Origin: Octopus vulgaris
Lineage: Eukaryota
Reading direction: 5' to 3'
Assembly (NCBI GenBank): GCA_951406725.2
Contig: OX597828.1
Location: forward strand, 63,612,001-63,676,000
Length of the DNA stretch: 64,000 nucleotides
The position numbers were made by a program, and so were the translations under genes. The notes under the pieces were generated by a model. That model was given only the letters and a program-made list of their open reading frames with translations. It searched no databases and was not told where the DNA came from. Of the stretch, positions 55,698-64,000 are shown piece by piece. Within the stretch, counting starts at the first letter, position 1, and each line of letters opens with the position of its first letter.

Positions 55698-56263
55698 ATA
55701 ATAGAAATATTAAAATTACTAAGTCTCTCTAAAGGAGATTACGGCAGCGTTACTGGATATTAATAGTTGTCGCCATACTAATATGGCAGTCTAAATATTA
55801 GCTCCAAGAGGCCACGGCCTCTAGCTAGCTATATGACACACGAACCTGCGTCCATTACAACCTTCGAACAGGGGAGGTCAGCCGCTTCACCTTGCTAGTC
55901 AGACATCTGCAGACATGTTTCAGGGTTGTTGCCCTTTATCAATGCAGCGTAGTCAGAACCAGCAGGTGTCGCTACTGACCGTCTGTTCTAAGATTTTATT
56001 TACCTAGTTACAGTGGAATACATTCACTTGTTTTCAATAATAGAAATATTAAAATTACTAAGTCTCTCTAAAGGAGATTATGGCAGCGTTACTAGATATT
56101 AATAGTTATCGCCATACTAATATGGCAGTCTAAATATAAGACTAAATCTGTCGCTGATTAGCTCCAAGAGGCCACGGCCTCTAGCTAGCTATATGACACA
56201 CGAACCTGCGTCCATTACAACCTTCGAACAGGGGAGGTCAGCCGCTTCACTTTGCTAGTCAGA
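55698..56263 (-). mobile_element. Retrozyme-like partial tandem repeat (~340-360-bp unit, ~1.6 copies) with one HHR
   Basis: 55698-55903 is repeated at 56037-56263 (offset 339; the first copy lacks ~22 bp). Confidence 0.85.
55907..55947 (-). ncRNA. Minimal type I HHR, U3-A8 core variant
   Basis: CTGCA-TTGATAA-AGGG-caacaa-CCCT-GAAAC-AT-GTC-TGCAG; palindromic stem III ACATGT. Confidence 0.8.
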
Positions 56264-56312
56264 TATATATAAACGGAAGTCGTCAACTAATATTAGCTGT
56301 TGTCTAATGCTG

Positions 56313-56361
<49 letters not shown>

Positions 56362-56911
56362 AACACGGCAATGACTCTGAACATGTTTCTGTATTGTTCT
56401 GACCTCGTCACCAAAGCATGCATTTCCTGATATTTACCAAAGAAGTATTCCGAAATAAATGAAGAAGACTGTTGTACGTCGCATGGTATGCTACGATGAA
56501 ATTATTGAGAGGATAATATAATGTAGGGGCTGCATCTGCATGAAGAAACAATAGTTAGGAAGTTGGTTACTGACGATTCTGATTTACGTATTCAAAATGT
56601 ACAGTATTGGTGGAGAACTCCTTAATTTAGAAGTTCACAGACACACACACAGACACACACACACACACATACACCAATAGAAATGTGTACAAAAACATAC
56701 AAACGGCAACATGCACATAAAGAAATAGGAATTCAAGTTTGGCGTTACAGAAGTTATTACCTTTATTCTTTCTTTCCTTCTTTCTTTCTTTCTTTCTTTC
56801 CTTCTTTCTTTCCCTCTTTCTTTCTTTCATTCTTTCTTTCTTTCTTTCCTTCCTTCCTTCCTTCCTTCTTTCCTTCCTTCCTTCCTTCCTTCCTTCCTTC
56901 CTCCCTCCCTG

Positions 56912-56959
<48 letters not shown>

Positions 56960-57105
56960 ACAAGCACTGGTTTCTCTTCATTCGGGTCTTCCAAGAATTT
57001 CTGAATCTCCTCTTGGATTAAAAAAGATTAAAAATCAAATAAACAGAGAAGAAAACATGCGACGCTCGATCCAAGATTAGGAAAAGGAATTAATTTAATT
57101 GGACC

Positions 57106-57184
<79 letters not shown>

Positions 57185-57272
57185 TCATATATAGGTTTGG
57201 TAATGCAAAAAAGAAAAGTAGAACTCAAAGCCAGAGTACATATGTATGTGTATATATTTATATGCACATATT

Positions 57273-57334
<62 letters not shown>

Positions 57335-57372
57335 CATATGCATGTATATGTATATACGTATGTATATGTATG

Positions 57373-57403
<31 letters not shown>

Positions 57404-57604
57404 GTATGTATATATGTATGTAAATGTATGTATCGCTAGCCACAAAAACTTTTTTATTTTCTCTCTCTGTGTGCTTATTTCTGTGTTCTGTTCTGTTGAA
57501 GAGCGTAGGCTCGAAACGTAAAGGACTTACTCACTTCCTGAGCGTTAAACTAATACATCTGTTTGTTTTGTACACCACCTGTCTTCGTCTTTTTTTAAAA
57601 TTCC

Positions 57605-57676
<72 letters not shown>

Positions 57677-57727
57677 ACATATATACATACATACATATAT
57701 ATGCATATATATATATATATACATACA

Positions 57728-58042
57728 TCTTTTATCTTTGTTTTAGTCATTAGACTGCGGCCATAGTGGGGCACCACCTTGAAGAACCGATCCCAGTACT
57801 TATTCTATTGATCTCTTTAGCCGAACCGCTAAGTTACGGGGACGTAAATACACAGATGGTGGAAGACAAACACACACACTCACGCGCATAGACACATGCT
57901 GGGCTTCTTTCAGTTTCCGTTTACCAAGTCCACTCATAAGATCTTGGTCGGCTCGAGGCTTTACCCAAGATGCCACGCAGTGAGACCGAACCCGGAAACG
58001 TATGGTTGGAAAGCAAGCCTCTTACCACACAGCCGCGCCTGC
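57728..58042 (-). mobile_element. SINE family 1 with internal deletions
   Basis: Reverse-complement homology to 53991-54421. Confidence 0.78.
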
Positions 58043-58575
58043 GCTTCCGTGCGTTGATGATATAAAGTCTGTATATTTCTCTGTTAACAGAGAATGAAAT
58101 CAATGAAATGAAATGCGAGCAATGGTTTGATTTGAAGTCAGGATTTAGAAAATGATAGTTCAGGGGAGAGAGAGATGGGAGAAGAAGAGTGATGGGGAGG
58201 AAGAGAGATGTGGAAGAGAGAGAGAGAGAGAGATGGGAGAAGAAGAGTGATGGGGAGGGAGAGAGATGGGAGGGAGTGAGAGGTGGAGGGGGGTAGATAA
58301 AAATCTTTAAGTTTGCCAATCTGAATGATGGCGATCCCGGAAGTTGTGTGACACCGCTTATTAGGAGGATCCGGTTGTTGAGAATCCGCAGTTGTTGATG
58401 TTGGTCCAATGGTGGAGAAGCTCCCGTTGTCTCATCTTTGCTTTCTTGTTAGAGACACTCCTTGTTTGCTGTGCCAGGACCAGCAGCTAAATATCCCTCA
58501 AATCAGACGTTATTACTTTTAAAACGAAAACGGACAGATTGCGTGGTGTAGTTCGAGGTAATCTATGACTAAAAC

Positions 58576-58609
<34 letters not shown>

Positions 58610-59697
58610 TTGCATACGTGCAAACATCTCTCTCTCTCTCTCTCTCTCTCTGTACACACACACACACACACACACTTACAGACATGAGTATATGTTACAG
58701 ACAGATACATACGTATGCACTCCTACAAACAATCATGTGTTTATATAAACTCTTATTGCTGTATACACACTTATACACTCATATATACAGAGACATTTAT
58801 ACACACATACGCATATAAACAACAACGGTAATAATAAGATTGGAACCAAGGCCAGCAATTTTAGAGGAGAGTCGATAGTTGATTACATTGATCTCAGTAC
58901 TTGACCGTCACTTTATTTTATCGACCCTGGGTGGTTGAACGGCAAAAGTTGGCCTTGATGGAATTTGAAACCAGCTCGATAAGAGACGAAAGAAATCCTT
59001 CTTTGAGTCCTGACATTTCTCCCCAAAAACATGAAAGGCAAAGTTGATCACAGCAAGATTTAAAATCAGGGCCTAAAGAGCAGGAACGAATAATCCGGGG
59101 CATTTTGTCAGACGCTCTACCGATTCTGGCAATTTGCAGAGATGTTTCATTCGAATACGGAACAAAAGAAAAATTTAAGTCGATCTCGATGGGGACTTGA
59201 ACTCAGAACGTGAAGATGTATCACTAAATATGTTACCTAGTGCGATGGGGTTTGCTGGCAACTATCCTCTTTTTTCGAAAGAATGCAACAAAATACAGAA
59301 ATAACTGGCAAATGAATAATTAATTAAACACCATGGGCGGCTGATTTGGGGAATCGGTAGAGCACTGGATAAAATGCATTGCGCTGTTTGATTACAGTTC
59401 TTTGCTTTCTGAGTTCAAATCAGGCCCAGGTCAGCTTTACGTTTTATTGTTTCTGGGATCGATAAAAATCAATTCAATACAGTATCAGTCAGGTACTGGG
59501 GACCATTTCACCGGTTATACTCTGCCCCTCCCCTCTGTTAATTTGAAGCCTTATGTCTAAATATTCATTAAAAAAATTTGAGAAGTTTAACGAGATTTCG
59601 GTAATTAAGGAATTCTAGAAAAAAGATATGGAGAGGGAATTAGACATAATGGATGAGGGGGTGTGAATGGGAGAAGGACAGTATGTGAGTGAGAGAA

Positions 59698-60101
59698 AGG
59701 GAAAGAGACAGAGAGAGAAGGGATTTAAAGTGAGAGGGAGGCGAAGAGAAATAGATATATTGAAATGAAGCAGAAATGAAGAGCATCTTGAAGAAACGGA
59801 AGAAAAATGTTAAAGGAAAAGAGAAAGAAAATACAATTGTAAGAGAGGGAGGGAAGGGAAGAGAGAGAGAGAGAGGAGAGGAAGAGATACATACATACAT
59901 ATATATATATAAGGGAGGGAAGGGAAGAGAGGGAGAGAGAGGAGAGGAAGAGATACATACATACAATTGTATTTTCTTTCTCTTTTCCTTTAACATTTTT
60001 CTTCCGTTTCTTCCAGATGCTCTTCATTTCTGCTTCATTTCAATATATCTATTTCTCTTCGCCTCCCTCTCACTTTAAATCCCTTCTCTCTCTGTCTCTT
60101 T

Positions 60102-60105
<4 letters not shown>
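59698..60105. repeat. 144-bp inverted duplication with tandemly duplicated spacer
   Basis: 59698-59841 is the reverse complement of 59962-60105 with about one mismatch; ends at (TA)n. Confidence 0.9.
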
Positions 60106-60157
<52 letters not shown>

Positions 60158-60225
60158 GTATATAAAACAATATATAATTAGATAAATTGAAGGGGATGAG
60201 ACAGAGGTGTGCGATAGAAACAATG

Positions 60226-60256
<31 letters not shown>

Positions 60257-60288
60257 AATATAATATGTGACAATTATTTGGTGGCCAT

Positions 60289-60349
60289 GATAAAACTCTG
60301 AGTTTCGGATGTCGGGGCGGAAACCCACGCCGGCATCTCTTCGGCTATC
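60289..60349 (-). ncRNA. Type I HHR, U4C core variant
   Basis: GATAG-CCGAAGA-GATG...CATC(C)-GAA-ACTC-A-GAGT-T-TTATC; a partial copy of the host repeat is at ~60854-60905. Confidence 0.65.
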
Positions 60350-60752
60350 GGGCCATCGGAAAAAAAGATGGATTGAAAATGACGTGTGTGCGTGTGCGAT
60401 GTCGCGCGCGCAGAGAGAGAATGCATAATAATGCAAAATCTTTATTCGTGAATATAAAATGGTGTAAAAAGAAAAAAGACCCTATTGTAGTAGTAGTAGT
60501 AGTAGTAGTAGTAGCAGTAGTTGCATGTGTGGAAAAAAAATGTGTGCATATACATATACATATACAGAGGAACTTAGTTTGATTTGAAAACCCCACTAGA
60601 ATGGGAGAAAGCGCTAATGATCTAAGTGATATGATATATATATAAAAAATGGTAATATATAAATAAATATCTGTAAATATAAACCATCCGATCTTCTGAG
60701 TACCTCATTTCTTCTAATATATAATACCTGTACATCATCTCCATACCTACCA

Positions 60753-60815
<63 letters not shown>

Positions 60816-60924
60816 AATATGTATCTATCTATCTTTCTACATATATATATATCTGTAAATGTAATATGTGACAATTATTCGGTAGCCAAGATAAAACTCC
60901 GAGTTATCTTACCGTTTTTATTCA

Positions 60925-61014
<90 letters not shown>

Positions 61015-62163
61015 ATACGTAAGCTTTTGAGTAAATATATGACTGCTGGAAGATTGAGCAGCTAGAGGCTGACAGAGTATATTTAAATGGAGGTGGACAC
61101 ACGGACAGAAAGACAAGTGAGAATAGCGGGGGCGGTGATGGAGGATTTGCTGTTCGGAAATGGCGGATTAAGGTGGTTGACTATCTTAGCTGAACATTAC
61201 ATTATTTCCCAGTAAAAGCGAACGAGAGTGCCTCGATATGGTCACACGATATGCTAGAAATATCAGCCGAATTTCTCTCTAACTACAGTCTGCCATCATG
61301 AAAGTAAATATCTATGAAAGGACACGTTGCATAAAGTGGTTGGGGATATAAAAACTGATGATATTGTCACGACTGGATTGCATTTGAGCATAAATCTACT
61401 CGACCAAGGTTACCTGGGGTTAAACAAAAACAATAAGAACAACAACAACAGTAACATTCACGTAGTTCTAAAATAATCTCTTACTTCCGGTTAAAACAAA
61501 TACTTCCTCCATTAATCCAGTCATCCATTTTGTGTCTCACCTCCCTCTCCACTCTCTTATTGTATTGCTCCTCCTACTTCAACTCATATCTATCCCTGTC
61601 TTTTTCTCTTTCTCTCTTTTTCTCAGTATAGATATGTGTATGTGTGTGCTTGAGTGCGCATGTGTTTACGTGGCTATGTGGCAGTCATCTAATGGCTGCT
61701 TGTATATATGCGAATATACATACGCACACATACGCATATGTATAATGTACAAGTCTATACGTGTGTGTTTGTGTAGGTTATATATATATATATACCCTCT
61801 CAATGGCATTAGCACCTCTCTCTCTCTATCTATCTATCCATCTATCTATCTTCCCCTCTCTCTCCGTGCCTCTCTATATATATATCCCTCTCTCTCTGGG
61901 GAAATTGAGGTATGCATGAGTGTGTGTGTGTGTGTATTGCCCCCACTCTTTCTTTCTGTACTTCTCTTTCCGTATGACCGTTATATGCTCATATATACAC
62001 AGATACATATACAAATATATGTACATACATCTATATACATACATACATAAACAAACACATATATATACATATACATAGATAGATAGATGTATATGTATGC
62101 ATGTATATATATGTATATATATAGAGAGAGATACATATATATATATATACACACACATACATA

Positions 62164-62212
<49 letters not shown>

Positions 62213-62889
62213 TTATACATACATATATATATGTATACCACAATCCATACACATACACGCACACACACACACAAGCATATATACTAACCTAATCGAAACA
62301 AACATCCACTTTTCTCTCACACTGAGGTATACACACCCACCGGGCGTATTCCAGCCATCACCGATGATTCGATCCCGTTGTCATCGTAATCCCTATCCAC
62401 CCAACCCACTGCCCCTCTAACGCTCCACCCCATCCATATACCCCGTACACCTTGGGACAGAACAACTGGCCACGTCCAGCACACGCAACACTGCACAACC
62501 CGCATCCATCTTTGGTTTTATCGTTGCAATCATCGTCATCGTCGTCTCCTGCTGTTGTTGTTGTTCTTGTTAGTGGTGGTCGTATGGTCGTCATCATTAT
62601 AGCTATCGACGTCGTCGTCGTCGTCGTCATCATCATCATCACCATCATTAATGTCTCTATTATTATCAACAGCAGCAGCATCGTCCTCATCATCATCATT
62701 ATCATCCCCCACACCACCACCACCATCATCACCACCATCACCACCACCATCATTTTCGTCAACGTCTCCATTATCATCACCTTCATCTCTCATCAAGGTT
62801 TATTTGCATTGCGAGATTAAAAGCATGAATATAAAAGGTATGTTGACCCCCACCAACCCACCCACCCGCACACTCGCACACTCTTTCTT

Positions 62890-62922
<33 letters not shown>

Positions 62923-64000
62923 GATACACACTCTTAAATTGTTCATGTTTTGCAAACGTTTTGGTTTGAAATATTGTATATTAAAATAAACTATTTTCGT
63001 CATTATTACGAAAGACGTTAATTAAAATCCGATTCTTAATTGAAATTTAATTATAAATTCCACAATCAGTGTAAAATGGAATATATTCTCTCCTACACAA
63101 AAGATCACACCAACAGATCAATTAAATCGATGATGTGGCATTTCATCGCTTCTACGATCTGAGTTCGATTTTTGCCCTTCATTCTTTCAAGTTCGGTAAA
63201 ATAGTAGCAGCCGAGCGCTGGGTCCCATGTAATCGACTAGAATTCTCTCCCGAACTTTCAGGCCTTTAGCAGAGAGACGAGTTTTCCTTTCTGGATGGTA
63301 GCATGCAGGCAGAATGCTTCGTGGCTTTTCTTCCTGAGTTTTCATTTCTATATATCGAAGGGTTTGATGTCCTTGTGGTTTTTTTTTATCGTGAAGAGTC
63401 AAACAACTTACGTGGCCTGATGAACGTGACCACATTGGACTTCAAAATGGATCATCTTGACGAAATTGGGATCTATTTCTGACTGTATCTTTGTCTTGCC
63501 TACTCGCCTGTCTGTCTGCTTGCCTGTCTGCTTGCCTGCCTGCCTGCTGGGTTTCCGTCTCAAAACCACATCCAATATTAGGATTCTTTAACAGCATCTC
63601 TCAGTGAAAGCTATCTGCAGGGCCCTATTTTTTGTATTATGGATCAACCCTAACCAACGTGTACAAAGGAATACAAGTGATAAATCCACCACCACCACCA
63701 CTACCAGGCAGATGCAAAGTGTTCTTATGGATAAAGATTACCTGGAATCCTTTAACAAACATCAAAGAACATCCACACCTCCAGCGGCGGCGGAGGTGAT
63801 TGTAAAATCACAACGTGTCCGATATGTTTCTCTGTGGCAAATTAAATACATGACGATTACGTTACCTAGCTATTTCATCATTTGTTTATTTCGTCACAAA
63901 GTAATTAATTATGTCATGTTAATTGCCTGACATGTAATTTGATCTTTCAGCAATTTCCATCGCAAGATATAACACCGCGTGTTATTTACATCAGCGGAAA

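Noticed and set aside
63417-63478. CTGATGA...GAAA (also isolated CTGANGA at 9364, 19327, 22676, 24816 and 43680)
   Set aside because: No consistent stems I-III; likely chance heptamers.

Overview
AT-rich, microsatellite-saturated animal genomic DNA. The SINE families and the (TA)n/(TATG)n load suggest an octopus/cephalopod; this is an inference. I found no convincing host protein-coding exon, and nearly all short ORFs are translated simple repeats. The only intact gene is a young Penelope-like retroelement (PLE: reverse transcriptase plus C-terminal GIY-YIG endonuclease, 2295/2370-5219). It has direct and inverted pseudo-LTRs, each carrying a type I hammerhead ribozyme (HHR). Many small non-coding, HHR-bearing, PLE-like elements sit in (TA)n tracts, along with two SINE families and decayed Tc1/mariner, hAT, RLE-type LINE and PLE fragments. 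The most striking observation is a repeat family (751-812 +, 43204-43265 -, 55451-55519 -; partial or related copies at 26931, 27978 and 21175-21231). It contains all hammerhead core segments and covarying helices I and III, but in the order [stem III-NUH-stem I] -> [stem II-GAAA-stem III] -> [stem I-CUGANGA-stem II]. That is not any of the three circular permutations (types I/II/III), so it is a candidate fully pseudoknotted, non-circularly permuted hammerhead ribozyme. All structures were paired by eye and none has been tested for activity.
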